From an uncultured candidatus Porisulfidus sp. (lineage in GTDB: Bacteria; Pseudomonadota; Gammaproteobacteria; Poriferisulfidales; Oxydemutatoraceae): a stretch of DNA of 64,000 nt. The notes under the pieces were generated by a model that made no database searches, was not told the DNA's origin, and saw only the letters and a list, made by a program, of their open reading frames with translations. This document shows, piece after piece, positions 1 through 9,713 of the stretch (positions are counted from its first letter, which is position 1; the number at the start of each line of letters is the position of its first letter). The DNA lies in NCBI GenBank assembly GCA_963693105.1, contig OY843752.1, positions 23,315-87,314 on the forward strand. The letters are read 5' to 3'. The position numbers and the translations under genes are program-made.

Positions 1-9
1 GTCCAAACA

Positions 10-1479
10 TTGCGGGAAAGATCTTACTTTGAGGACTTAAAAGAAAACCAGATTACAATCCTTATGGGTTCCAGAACATTCTTTGAGAGTTGGGATTCGA
101 ATCGTCCGAATGTAATTAATTTTATAAATATCGGCGGAGCAGACGCAAAGAAGTTTCTCATCCAGGCTATCGGGCGTGGCGTAAGGATTGAACCACTGCC
201 AGGCAAACGTCGCCGCTATGATTTTTTGCCGTCCAGCAACGAGGAAAAGATTCTCCAAGATTACCGCAATAAAGTGCATCCTCCAGAGACCCTGTTTCTC
301 TTTGCCACCAACCGCAATGCAGTTAAATTTGTCCTGGAAGGAATACAGTCTGAAAAAAGCGGTAATTTTGAAAAAATTGAAGGCTTCGAAATATCGGAAA
401 GACCAAAGATTAATGGTACAGAAATGCAATTGCTGGTGCCAAAATATAAAAATGAGGGAGACTCGACAATACGGGCAAACTTCGTGATGAGCCACGAAAC
501 TCTGAAAAGGCTCAGAACCTGGCTTGCAAAAACATCTGATTCCGTGCTCGTCGTTCGGGATAATTTGTCACCTCGGGAAATAAGCAAATTGCGTGGACTA
601 ATACAAGAAAACAGCAATATCGATATAGAACCGGGGAAAGACTACGACAACCTCGCATTTCTGCAGGATCGCCTACGATTCCACCTTTCCGAAACCAGCC
701 AGACAACTGAAGGAATGCGCGAACTAGACGATAAAGAAGACATTGTGCATTTCCGTAAAGTCCAAGTGCAACTGGATAAGCACGAAGTGAAAGATCTTGG
801 CAAGAAGATAAAGCAGGTGGCAAAAGGAAGTATTTCCAAAGAAGAAAGACGAGAGTGGGCACGCCGGTATGCAAACCAAGAAATCAACGAAGAAGAAATG
901 CTACGTCACATTGGCGGTGCCTCCGAAGATTTATTTAGACAACTGAACATCAAAAATATTTCAGAGCATTACTATGCTCCGCTCATCATCGCGAATAGAA
1001 AAGCGGATTTCATCCGGCACATTGTCCAAGAAGAAAGCGAGAGACAATTTCTCAACGACTTGGACGGCTGGTTACAAAGCAACCAACCAAAATGGGATGC
1101 GTGGATGTTCAGCAAAATTGATGAGTCTCTGGACAATATCTATATACCCTACTACGACAAGCGCGTTAACAGGTATCGAAACTTCATGCCGGATTTTATC
1201 TTCTGGATGTGTAAAGCCGATTATTACCAAATAGTTTTTGTCGATCCCAAGGGCATGGCTCACACGTCTGCCAACTACAAAATACTTGGCTACTCCAAAT
1301 TGTTTGAACACAACCAGAAATGCCGCATTTTCCGAACCAGATTCAGCCAAGCACGGAATGTAAAAGTGAAACTTGTTCTTTTCAATCAAGACGCACGACA
1401 GCAACCCGACGATCAATATCACCGCTACTGGTGCAACAGTCCAGAGGAGATATTTACAGAAAACAATCCTCGCACTTAA
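10..1479 (+). CDS. Partial (5'-truncated) SF2 helicase C-terminal region fused to a PD-(D/E)xK-like nuclease domain; Type III Res-like or other defence helicase-nuclease
   Basis: Helicase motif VI 'QAIGRGVRI' near the N-terminal end of the fragment. C-terminal 'PDFIFWM...VFVDPKG' resembles a PD...D-x-K nuclease core. Region is AT-rich (about 40% GC) in a roughly 65% GC genome. ORF runs off the window start. Confidence 0.45.
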   Translation: MRERSYFEDLKENQITILMGSRTFFESWDSNRPNVINFINIGGADAKKFLIQAIGRGVRIEPLPGKRRRYDFLPSSNEEKILQDYRNKVHPPETLFLFATNRNAVKFVLEGIQSEKSGNFEKIEGFEISERPKINGTEMQLLVPKYKNEGDSTIRANFVMSHETLKRLRTWLAKTSDSVLVVRDNLSPREISKLRGLIQENSNIDIEPGKDYDNLAFLQDRLRFHLSETSQTTEGMRELDDKEDIVHFRKVQVQLDKHEVKDLGKKIKQVAKGSISKEERREWARRYANQEINEEEMLRHIGGASEDLFRQLNIKNISEHYYAPLIIANRKADFIRHIVQEESERQFLNDLDGWLQSNQPKWDAWMFSKIDESLDNIYIPYYDKRVNRYRNFMPDFIFWMCKADYYQIVFVDPKGMAHTSANYKILGYSKLFEHNQKCRIFRTRFSQARNVKVKLVLFNQDARQQPDDQYHRYWCNSPEEIFTENNPRT

Positions 1480-1482
1480 AGC

Positions 1483-2388
1483 ATGAACCACAAAAAAAAA
1501 TTTAAGAGGGCCCATAAATCCAACGGTTGGGGTAATTTCGAACAACCGAGTGATACCCATTTTCATGAGTTAGCCAATTGCATAATGGCAATATCAACCA
1601 ATATAGCGATGCTCAATAATTCTTCTGACAGAGAACATGCTTGCCAGACCATATCTGTCCAGCTTCGCAAGTTACTTCTCGACAAAAAACCCTTAATTAA
1701 AAGGTGCTATAAAAATTCTCTTAAATTTCATCCCCTTTCTAAAGTCGCTCTAACCGATAAGCCTTTCTTTTCGGACAGTATCAAAATAAGGGATGGTGGA
1801 CACGTCGAATTACACGGAGGCCGTATTGATGGGACTTCTGCAACCCACTCACTTCTCATCAAATCATGCTCACACTCTATTGAGATTTATCCTCTACCAG
1901 GCTTGTCTTATGACGAGTACAAAAAAGAAGTTACTGTACATTCCCCTTTTAAACTTAAGAGTACCCACTTTATCGGACTAGATGAATGGCTGAACCAAAA
2001 GATCGTTTCTGTGCATGAACAGAGCATGACTTTACTCGATGCTATTAAAACAATCGCAGATAAAGAAGGGGCTCATGCAGATGAACGACCTGATATTCAC
2101 ATGGCAAGAGCCTGTATGTTTATGGGCTATAATTACTTTCACTGGATCGTAATCTTTACTGCGAGCTATCTTATAGAGAGAATATGTAGTTTTAAGTTAC
2201 ACAGCGAAACCCTTATTCGTAGCGGTCTTGATATTCATAAGATTTGTCACATTGAAAGGACTTCTTTTAGTGATAAAGCTATCAGCTACATGCCATTTGC
2301 CTTTCCTATAGGCTTCTACCTGCCAGATGGAAATCCAGCTTCACCTGATATGGATGAGTTTGATTATTCAATGAAGCCATGCCAATAG
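1483..2388 (+). CDS. Hypothetical protein (301 aa) in the AT-rich island, co-directional with the helicase-nuclease gene and only 4 nt downstream of it
   Basis: Long ORF with AT-rich codon usage distinct from the host. No motif I can assign. Gene arrangement suggests an operon with the upstream helicase-nuclease gene. Confidence 0.4.
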   Translation: MNHKKKFKRAHKSNGWGNFEQPSDTHFHELANCIMAISTNIAMLNNSSDREHACQTISVQLRKLLLDKKPLIKRCYKNSLKFHPLSKVALTDKPFFSDSIKIRDGGHVELHGGRIDGTSATHSLLIKSCSHSIEIYPLPGLSYDEYKKEVTVHSPFKLKSTHFIGLDEWLNQKIVSVHEQSMTLLDAIKTIADKEGAHADERPDIHMARACMFMGYNYFHWIVIFTASYLIERICSFKLHSETLIRSGLDIHKICHIERTSFSDKAISYMPFAFPIGFYLPDGNPASPDMDEFDYSMKPCQ

Positions 2389-2463
2389 GAAACAATCAAT
2401 CTTATTAAGACTGCTACAGGATAGTAGGCGAATGGAATCTTTGATGCATAAACAATAACAACC

Positions 2464-3381
2464 TCAAGCCCCCCCCCTCTTCTTCCGCGCCCGCGGGTGC
2501 GCTTTATCATAAACCTTCGCCAGATGCTGAAAATCCAGATGCGTATAAACCTGCGTCGTGCTGATGTCCGCATGGCCGAGCAATTCCTGCACCGCGCGCA
2601 AGTCGCCCGACGACTCCAGCAAATGACTCGCGAATGAATGGCGCAGCATGTGCGGATGCAAACGCTGCGGCAGACCGCGCCGGCGCGCGAATTGCTGCAT
2701 CCGCAGTTGCACGCCGCGCGCGCCCATGCGCCGCCCCTTGCGCGTGACAAACAACGCCGCCTCGTCGCCGGGCGCCAGTTTCGCGCGCGCTCCCAGCCAC
2801 GCGCGCACCGCATCGCAGGCATGTCTGCCGACCGGCACCTCCCTTTGCTTCAATCCCTTGCCGGTCACGCGCACAAAAGCCGCGTCCGCGTCCAGGTTGA
2901 TGTCGCCCAAATCCACCGACACCAGTTCGGACAAACGCAGCCCGGAGGAATAAGCGAGTTCAATCATCGCCAGATCGCGCACCGCCAGCGCATCACCGCC
3001 GGCGGCGGCGCCGTCGAGCAGTTGCACCATCTGATCCACGGTCAGCGTCTCGGGCAAATTCTTGTCCACGCGTGGCGGCTGAACCGTCGCCGCCGGATTG
3101 CTCGCGGCACAACCGCACTCCACGCAATAACGGAAAAACTGCCGCAACGACGACAACTCGCGCTGCAATGTCCTGCCGCGCACACCCGACAGAAAACGCC
3201 GCGACACATGGTCGCGCACATGCTCCTCGCCGACACCGCGCCATTCCACGCCCAACGTTTGCAGAAAATCAAGAAAGCGGTGGATGTCGCGCCGGTAGGC
3301 GTCTATCGTTCGCGGCGAGTAATTGCGCCCGCCGAGCAGCGTGTCGAGAAACTGCCGGCATGCCTCGCGCGGCTCCGTCAT
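2464..3381 (-). CDS. xerC: Tyrosine site-specific recombinase XerC
   Basis: Catalytic C-terminus '...[20 protein letters not shown]' with the R..HxxR..Y pattern. Conserved dapF-yigA-xerC synteny. Confidence 0.9.
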   Translation of the reverse strand: MTEPREACRQFLDTLLGGRNYSPRTIDAYRRDIHRFLDFLQTLGVEWRGVGEEHVRDHVSRRFLSGVRGRTLQRELSSLRQFFRYCVECGCAASNPAATVQPPRVDKNLPETLTVDQMVQLLDGAAAGGDALAVRDLAMIELAYSSGLRLSELVSVDLGDINLDADAAFVRVTGKGLKQREVPVGRHACDAVRAWLGARAKLAPGDEAALFVTRKGRRMGARGVQLRMQQFARRRGLPQRLHPHMLRHSFASHLLESSGDLRAVQELLGHADISTTQVYTHLDFQHLAKVYDKAHPRARKKRGGA

Positions 3382-4028
3382 CCGGCGCGGTTCTCCCGGC
3401 GCGCGCCAGCCTGCAGCGCGCAGGCGATCAACTCGCCGAACTGCACCAGAAACATCGTGCCCTTGCCGGCGCTGAAACTGTCGCCGTCGGCGCTGCCCAG
3501 CGCCAGCAGCCCGAAGCGCTCGTCGTCTGCAACCAGCGGCATCACGACAGCCGACGCGGCGCGCTGCGCAAAACGGCCAAACAGCGAAAGTTTGACGGCG
3601 TTGTCGAACGGCCCGCAGTCGGGCTTGCCCGTCGCCGCCAGCGAGTGCAGCAAACTCACGGCGCCGCTGTCTTTGCCGGCGCCGTTCAGTCCTTCGTGCG
3701 GGTCGTATTTGCCAAGCAGGCGAATCACAATCTGGTTGCCGGGCAGACGCTGTCTCAATTCGGCCAGCGAGATGGCGGCCACTTCGTGCACGCTGTTCGA
3801 GGCCACCAGTCTCAGCGACAACCGGTGCAGTCCGATGCTCAGGTTCTCGTTGGTCCTGGCGATTTCAACCAGCGATTCGAGTTTATTCTGCAACGCCTCG
3901 TTTTTATTCCGCAGCAGCGCAATCTGTTTCGTGACCAGCGACGGCGGCCCCGCTTCAGACCCGCCGGAACCGCCAACCTCGCCAACCCCGCCAACCCCCG
4001 GCACGGGCTTCAACTCATCCACACTCAC
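3378..4028 (-). CDS. yigA: DUF484 (YigA-like, GAF-like) protein
   Basis: Lies between dapF and xerC as in E. coli. Overlaps xerC start by 4 nt. Coiled-coil N-terminus plus GAF-like C-terminus. Confidence 0.75.
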   Translation of the reverse strand: MSVDELKPVPGVGGVGEVGGSGGSEAGPPSLVTKQIALLRNKNEALQNKLESLVEIARTNENLSIGLHRLSLRLVASNSVHEVAAISLAELRQRLPGNQIVIRLLGKYDPHEGLNGAGKDSGAVSLLHSLAATGKPDCGPFDNAVKLSLFGRFAQRAASAVVMPLVADDERFGLLALGSADGDSFSAGKGTMFLVQFGELIACALQAGARRENRAG

Positions 4029-4870
4029 AACATCAACACTCCGTCATAAACATGCTCGCACGGGCCGCTCAGTTCAACGCCGTCGCCGCCGCGCGAGACT
4101 TCAAGCGCGCCGCCCGCAAGACGCACTTCCACCGGCATCCCGGCCAGCCCCCAGCGCTCGGCGACCACCGCCGCGGCACAAGCGCCGCTGCCGCACGCCG
4201 AGGTCTCGCCCGCGCCTCTTTCATACACCCGCAACGCCAGACGCCGCTCGTCGAGACGCTGCATAAAACCCACGTTGACACCGGCCGGAAAGCATTTGTG
4301 CGACTGCATCTGCGCGCCAATCTCGGCCACCGGACAGTCTTCCAGCCGCGCCACCTCGGTCACCGCATGAGGATTGCCGAACGACAACACGCCGAAACGC
4401 AAACGGTGGCCGCCGACATCCAGACGGCAGGCGTGAACATCGTCGTCGCAGGCGAAAGGAATTCGCGCGGCGTCGAAAACCGGCTCGCCCATGTTGACGC
4501 AAACCCGGCCGTCGCCGCACAGCCGCATCTCGACAACGCGCTCGGTCGTGCGCGCGCGCAACGTCGTCTTGTCGGTCAACCCGCGCGCGCGGACAAAATG
4601 CGCAAAGCAGCGCGCGCCGTTGCCGCACTGCGCGACCTCGCCGCCGTCGGCGTTGAAAATGCGGTAGCCGAAATCCACGTCGCCGCCCGGCGGCGCCTCG
4701 ACCAGCAGCAACTGGTCAAAACCGACGCCGGTGCGGCGGTCGGCCAGCGCCCGCACCCGCGCGGCGTCCGGTTCAAACGGATGGTCCACGGCGTTGACAA
4801 CCATAAAGTCGTTGCCAAGCCCGTGCATTTTTGCGAAATCAAGCCTCATGGAACCGTGGGGAGAACACAC
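4025..4870 (-). CDS. dapF: Diaminopimelate epimerase
   Basis: 'MRLDFAKMHGLGNDFMVV' N-terminus with the two catalytic Cys regions ('GNPH', 'SACGSGACAA'). Synteny with yigA-xerC. Confidence 0.9.
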   Translation of the reverse strand: MCSPHGSMRLDFAKMHGLGNDFMVVNAVDHPFEPDAARVRALADRRTGVGFDQLLLVEAPPGGDVDFGYRIFNADGGEVAQCGNGARCFAHFVRARGLTDKTTLRARTTERVVEMRLCGDGRVCVNMGEPVFDAARIPFACDDDVHACRLDVGGHRLRFGVLSFGNPHAVTEVARLEDCPVAEIGAQMQSHKCFPAGVNVGFMQRLDERRLALRVYERGAGETSACGSGACAAAVVAERWGLAGMPVEVRLAGGALEVSRGGDGVELSGPCEHVYDGVLML

Positions 4871-4911
4871 CGGAATTATACCCCGGCGCGAACGCCGAGC
4901 CGGCGCAAGGT

Positions 4912-5592
4912 TCAGGCGACGGCTTCGATGCCTTTGTGCGGCAGGAAGATGCCGCAGCCGAGTTTCTGCCGGTCTCCCAGACCGCGCTGCTGCAGGCGGA
5001 TGGCGTCCTCAAACGTCAGGCCGCTGACCATCAGACTGCAAACGGCGAGGTCGCGGTCGGGCGTTTGGATGACGTGGCCGCGCCCGCTCATCATTTTGGT
5101 GGCGGCGATGCCGGCGTCGGCGAGCAGCGCCGAGGCGTGTTCGAGAAAAGCGCTCTCGCCACCGTCCGCGGGCGCCGGCAGGTGGCGTGAAAACAGGGTC
5201 GTCTCGCGGCTGAGCGGGCGCACGCCGGCGTCGCCGACGCAAACCTCGTAGCCGCCGATGTCCAGCCGCGCGCCCTCCAGCGCGCGTGCATCCGCGAACC
5301 GCTCCCGCGGCAAACGCAGGCACAAGCGCGCGCGCCTCGACAGATGAATCTCGTCGCTTCCCCGCCGCGGGCGCTCCCAGCCGTTGCCCGATTCGGCGCC
5401 GTGTATCGAGTGAACCGCCGCGCGCGGCTCGTCGTCCAGCCACGGCAAAACCCCGCCGAGCGCCCGGTAAAGCGCCCAGGCGTGATCCGCCGGCAGCAGG
5501 CGGCAGGTGATGCGGAAATTCAGGTCGGCGATGTCGCCCGGCACGCGCGGCTTGCTGCCGGCGGCGCTTTGCTCTTGCCAGTGCAGGTTCAT
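4912..5592 (-). CDS. Hypothetical protein (226 aa) with a Cas6-like glycine-rich C-terminal loop (possible RAMP/Cas6f-like RNA-binding fold)
   Basis: C-terminus 'GLGDRQKLGCGIFLPHKGI' resembles the G-rich loop of Cas6 family members (Csy4 ends 'CYGLSKGGFVPWF'). No CRISPR array or other cas genes in the window. Lies 41 nt upstream of dapF. Confidence 0.35.
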   Translation of the reverse strand: MNLHWQEQSAAGSKPRVPGDIADLNFRITCRLLPADHAWALYRALGGVLPWLDDEPRAAVHSIHGAESGNGWERPRRGSDEIHLSRRARLCLRLPRERFADARALEGARLDIGGYEVCVGDAGVRPLSRETTLFSRHLPAPADGGESAFLEHASALLADAGIAATKMMSGRGHVIQTPDRDLAVCSLMVSGLTFEDAIRLQQRGLGDRQKLGCGIFLPHKGIEAVA

Positions 5593-5786
5593 CGGACGTT
5601 GTCGGCGGACGAAAAAGCGGCTTCGAGGCGCTCGGCCCAGTCCTCGGGCGTGTCTTCAAACGGCGGGCGCAAATCCAGCTCGATAAAAATCTCGCCGTGG
5701 CGCGCGCGCTGCCGGACGTATTCGACGAGTTCTCCGAAACTCGTCATGTCATGGTGGCTCATCAGCACTTCGCTGATGGTCAGCAC
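5589..5786 (-). CDS. Small hypothetical protein (65 aa), acidic, translationally coupled to its neighbours
   Basis: Start and stop overlap the flanking genes (5592/5589 and 5786/5780). GC-rich codon usage matches the host. Confidence 0.35.
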   Translation of the reverse strand: MLTISEVLMSHHDMTSFGELVEYVRQRARHGEIFIELDLRPPFEDTPEDWAERLEAAFSSADNVR

Positions 5787-6679
5787 GATCCGTTCCTCAT
5801 CAGCGATTGCCAGCCGCCGCCCTCGACGCGGTCGCGGTAGCGGGCGCGGTAGAGCAGGCGGGCGCCGGCGGCGCCGTCCTCGAAGGCGGTGCGGTTATGA
5901 AGAACGTTGTTGCAAATCACGCCCTCGGACGCGGCCAGACGACGCACGATGCGGCAGCCGCCGGCCTCTTCCAGAATTTCGCCAAGCCGCGCGGCGGCGG
6001 CGCGACATTCCTCGCGCCACTCGATATGGCGCGCGCGCGCGGAATAGCGCATCAGCAGCGCGCCGCCCTCTTCCACCGTGAACACCGGCACACTGCGCGC
6101 CGGGCGGATGGCGACGCCGTTCTCGACGTTGGCGGGCAACGTCATCGCCCGCGGGTGCATCAATGGCTTGATCAGGCGGGGGTCGTCGTCGCGCAGCAGA
6201 ATATAGATCAGTTCGGGGTCGAGGTAATGGTTCTCGCCGCCGCGCCCGGCCGGGTGCAGGCAGTGCATCGAGAAGGCGCGAACCGTGTCGTCCGGCTCAT
6301 TATAATAACCGTCGGTGTGCCAATTCAAAGCCTTGCGCGTGTACGGAATATAGCGGCTGCCGGGCACCGCCTTGATGTGGCTGATGCGCTCGTCGTCGGC
6401 GCACGGATTGCCGACCAGGGCGGCCAGCCCGAGTTGTTCGCCGAGGCGCCTGAAGGCGGCGCGGTCGCGCGGCGCGCGGCGGGCGCGGTAGAAGCACAGG
6501 TTGGAGCGGCGGCAGTTGGCGATGATCGCGTTTCGCTCGTCGTCGGTCAGCGCGAGCGGGTCGCCGATGACAACGGTCAACTCATCCGCCGAGCGCGGCC
6601 TGGCCGCCAGCTTGCGCTCGCGCCAGCGCCGGTAGGCGTCCTCGTTGCCGGGGAGAAATGGCGTATTCTCAGTCATCAC
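5780..6679 (-). CDS. Fe(II)/2-oxoglutarate-dependent dioxygenase, TauD/TfdA family
   Basis: 'NWHTDGYY' HxD iron-binding motif, a second His in 'NNVLHNRTAF', and an Arg-rich 2OG-binding tail 'RLLYRARYR'. Confidence 0.7.
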   Translation of the reverse strand: MMTENTPFLPGNEDAYRRWRERKLAARPRSADELTVVIGDPLALTDDERNAIIANCRRSNLCFYRARRAPRDRAAFRRLGEQLGLAALVGNPCADDERISHIKAVPGSRYIPYTRKALNWHTDGYYNEPDDTVRAFSMHCLHPAGRGGENHYLDPELIYILLRDDDPRLIKPLMHPRAMTLPANVENGVAIRPARSVPVFTVEEGGALLMRYSARARHIEWREECRAAAARLGEILEEAGGCRIVRRLAASEGVICNNVLHNRTAFEDGAAGARLLYRARYRDRVEGGGWQSLMRNGSC

Positions 6680-6837
6680 ACCGGATAGTGTCGGGAATTG
6701 TCCGGGCTTTTGTCAATTCCCTGGCCACAATGCCCGAGCAACAGGCTGGCGCAACATCGGAGGGGACATCCGGCAGACCGCTGTACACAAGGGTTTGCAG
6801 GGCTTATCTGTACGATGTTATATGCCAATAGGCCAGT

Positions 6838-6866
6838 TTGATAGCGCCCGGCAAGCCCGTTATAAT
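6838..6866 (+). promoter_or_regulatory. Putative sigma70 promoter of dsrA: TTGATA-N17-TATAAT
   Basis: -35 TTGATA at 6838-6843, 17-nt spacer, perfect -10 TATAAT at 6861-6866, about 75 nt upstream of the dsrA ATG. RBS GGAGGA precedes the ATG. Confidence 0.45.
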
Positions 6867-6941
6867 TTCGGGCTATCCATGCACCGACCGATTGCATCGC
6901 ATGGCGAGAAGCAATAATTGAATGATTTTACGGAGGAAGCT

Positions 6942-8204
6942 ATGACCAAGCAAACTCATCCGACGCCGATGTTGGACGAATTGGAGAAAGGCCCGTGGCC
7001 GAGTTTTGTCTCGGGAATCAAGCGCCTTCGGGACCAACATTCGGACGAGCGCGTCAGCGGCGTCGCCAACGATTTGCTGGGGCAGCTCGAACACTCGTAC
7101 GAAACGCGCAAGGGCTACTGGAAAGGCGGCACCGTCAGCGTCTTCGGTTATGGCAGCGGCATCATCCCGAGGTTTTCGGAAGTCGCCTCGGCTTTCCCGG
7201 CCTCGAAAGAATTTCACACGCTGAGAGTGCAGCCGCCGGCGGGCAACTATTACACGACCGACATGCTGCGCCAACTCGCCGAGAGCTGGGAGAAATGGGG
7301 TTCGGGCCTGGTGACCTTCCACGGTCAGACCGGCAACATCATGTTCATCGGCGCCTCCACCGAGAACACGCAGCACTTCTTCGACGACATCAACGATTAC
7401 GGCTGGGACCTCGGCGGCGCCGGCCCGTGCGTCCGCACCGGGCAGTCGTGCGTCGGCGCGGCGCGCTGCGAGCAGTCCAACATTGACGAGATGCGGATAC
7501 ACCGCACGCTGCTGAACAACTTCACCGACGACGTTCACCGTCCGTCGCTTCCCTACAAATTCAAATTCAAGGTTTCCGGCTGTCCCAACGACTGCATGAA
7601 CTCCATCGAGCGCTCCGACTTCGCCATCATCGGCACGTGGCGCGACGACATGAAAGTGGATCAGAAGGAAGTCAGGGAATACGTCAACAAGAAAGGCCGC
7701 CAGTACATCGTGGACAACGTCATCACGCGCTGCCCGACGCAGGCGCTGTCGCTGGCCGAAGACGACTCGCTGGAGGTGGACAACCGCAACTGCGTGCGCT
7801 GCATGCACTGCCTGAACGTGATGCCCAAGGCGCTGTCGCCGGGCGACGACAAGGGCGCGACGTTGCTGCTCGGCGGCAAGCGCACGTTGAAAATCGGCGA
7901 CTTGATGGGCACCGTCATCGTGCCGTTCATCAAGCTGGAGACGCCGGAAGACTTCGAGCGCCTCGTCGAAATCGCCGAGAGCACGATTGATTTCTGGGCC
8001 GAGAACGGCCTCGAGCACGAACGTTGCGGCGAGATGATCGAGCGCATCGGCCTCATCAACTTCCTCGAAGGCGTCGGCCTCGACGTGGATCCGAACATGA
8101 TCACCGACCCGCGCACCAGTTCCTATGTGCGCACCGACGACTGGGAAGACGAGGCGGCCAAGTGGTTTGAACACAAACAGACAAAGCAGGCGGCCACCGC
8201 CTGA
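6942..8204 (+). CDS. dsrA: Reverse dissimilatory sulfite reductase alpha subunit DsrA
   Basis: 'HPTPMLDELEKGPWPSFVS' matches the DsrA N-terminus. Siroheme/FeS Cys clusters present ('CVRTGQSCVGAARC', 'CPNDC'). Start chosen at the ATG with the GGAGGA RBS (the listed ORF starts 8 codons earlier). Confidence 0.9.
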   Translation: MTKQTHPTPMLDELEKGPWPSFVSGIKRLRDQHSDERVSGVANDLLGQLEHSYETRKGYWKGGTVSVFGYGSGIIPRFSEVASAFPASKEFHTLRVQPPAGNYYTTDMLRQLAESWEKWGSGLVTFHGQTGNIMFIGASTENTQHFFDDINDYGWDLGGAGPCVRTGQSCVGAARCEQSNIDEMRIHRTLLNNFTDDVHRPSLPYKFKFKVSGCPNDCMNSIERSDFAIIGTWRDDMKVDQKEVREYVNKKGRQYIVDNVITRCPTQALSLAEDDSLEVDNRNCVRCMHCLNVMPKALSPGDDKGATLLLGGKRTLKIGDLMGTVIVPFIKLETPEDFERLVEIAESTIDFWAENGLEHERCGEMIERIGLINFLEGVGLDVDPNMITDPRTSSYVRTDDWEDEAAKWFEHKQTKQAATA

Positions 8205-8224
8205 CCCAACGACGGAAGACTCCA

Positions 8225-9301
8225 ATGGCAAAACAACACGACCGCGATCCGATTGAATCGGGCTGTCCCGACGGCCTCCAGTACATGCATCCGGTGATGC
8301 GCCGCAATTACGGCAACTGGGCCTACCACGAAGACCCCCGTCCGGGCGTGCTCAAGCACGTCGCCCACGGCGGCGACGCCATCTGGACGGTGCGCGCCGG
8401 CACCCAGCGCATACTCGACGTGTTCACGCTGCGCAAACTGTGCGAAATCGGCGACCGCTTCGCCGACGGTTATGTGCGTTTCACCATCCGCAGCAACATC
8501 GAGTATATGGTCAGCGACGAGAGCAAGGTCATGCCGCTGATCAACGCGCTGGAGGACGCCGGTTTTGTCGTCGGCGGCACCAAGAACTCGGTGACGATGA
8601 TTTCCCACACCCAGGGCTGGCTGCACTGCGACATCCCCGGCACCGACGCCTCCGGCGTCGTCAAGGCGATGATGGACGAGCTGGTCGAGGAATTCAAAAA
8701 CTGGAACATGCCGAATCGCGTTCACATGACCACGTCGTGCTGCCAGATCAACTGCGGCGGACAGGGCGACATCGCCATCAACGTGCAGCACACCAAGCCG
8801 CCCAAGATCAACCACGACCTGGTGTCCAACGTGTGCGAGCGCCCGTCGGTGGTGGCGCGCTGCCCGGTGGCGGCGATTCGCCCGGCCATTGTCAACGGCA
8901 AGCCGTCGCTTGAAGTGGATGAGAAGAAATGCATCTGCTGCGGCGCCTGTTATCCGCCGTGCCCGCCGATGCAGATCAACGACCCGGAGCACACCAAACT
9001 GGCGATCTGGGTGGGCGGCAACCACTCGAACGCGCGCGGCAAACCGACCTTTCAGAAACTGGTCGCCGCCGGCATCCCGAACAACCCGCCGCGCTGGCCG
9101 GAAGCCACCGCGGTCGTCAAGAAAATCCTCCAGGCCTACAAGGAGGACGCCAAAGACTGGGAAAGAATCAACGACTGGATCGAGCGCATCGGCTGGCCGC
9201 GCTTTTTCGAGCTGACCGAGCTGCCGTTCACCAAGTACCACATTGACAACTGGCTCGGCGCCCGGCGCAGTCTCAACGCATCCACCCACGTCCGCTTCTG
9301 A
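8225..9301 (+). CDS. dsrB: Sulfite reductase beta subunit DsrB
   Basis: Follows dsrA. Ferredoxin-like Cys motifs ('CICCGACYPPCP') and expected size. Confidence 0.9.
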   Translation: MAKQHDRDPIESGCPDGLQYMHPVMRRNYGNWAYHEDPRPGVLKHVAHGGDAIWTVRAGTQRILDVFTLRKLCEIGDRFADGYVRFTIRSNIEYMVSDESKVMPLINALEDAGFVVGGTKNSVTMISHTQGWLHCDIPGTDASGVVKAMMDELVEEFKNWNMPNRVHMTTSCCQINCGGQGDIAINVQHTKPPKINHDLVSNVCERPSVVARCPVAAIRPAIVNGKPSLEVDEKKCICCGACYPPCPPMQINDPEHTKLAIWVGGNHSNARGKPTFQKLVAAGIPNNPPRWPEATAVVKKILQAYKEDAKDWERINDWIERIGWPRFFELTELPFTKYHIDNWLGARRSLNASTHVRF

Positions 9302-9318
9302 CCCGCGCCGGGACACCG

Positions 9319-9711
9319 ATGAAATTGTCCCTGCTGGTCAACGAGGGCCCCTACACGCACCAGGCGTCGGACAGCGCCTACCTTTTCGCGCGCGCGGCGC
9401 TGGACAAGGGGCACGAGATCTACCGCGTGTTTTTCTACCACGACGGCGTCAACAACGGAACCCGCCTGGCGACGCCGCCGCAGGATGACAGAAACCTGTC
9501 GCAACTGTGGTCGGAGCTGGCCGCCGAACACCAACTCGACCTGGTGCTGTGCGTCGCCGCGGCGCAACGTCGCGGCGTGCTCGACGGCGACGAAGCCAAA
9601 CGCCACGGCAAGGACGCCGACAACATCGCGTCCGGCTTTCGAATCTCCGGGCTGGGACAATTGATCGAGGCCGGCATCCAGTCCGACCGGCTGGTGACTT
9701 TCGGCGATTGA
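9319..9711 (+). CDS. dsrE: DsrE (sulfur-transfer complex DsrEFH subunit)
   Basis: 'MKLSLLVNEGPYTHQASDSAY' DsrE/TusD fold. Position after dsrB. Confidence 0.85.
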   Translation: MKLSLLVNEGPYTHQASDSAYLFARAALDKGHEIYRVFFYHDGVNNGTRLATPPQDDRNLSQLWSELAAEHQLDLVLCVAAAQRRGVLDGDEAKRHGKDADNIASGFRISGLGQLIEAGIQSDRLVTFGD

Positions 9712-9713
9712 AG

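Noticed and set aside
2638-4266. 542-aa plus-strand ORF (and several 80-325-aa ORFs) overlapping xerC/yigA/dapF
   Set aside because: Antisense to well-supported genes. Arg/Ala/Pro-rich low-complexity translation typical of spurious ORFs in high-GC DNA.
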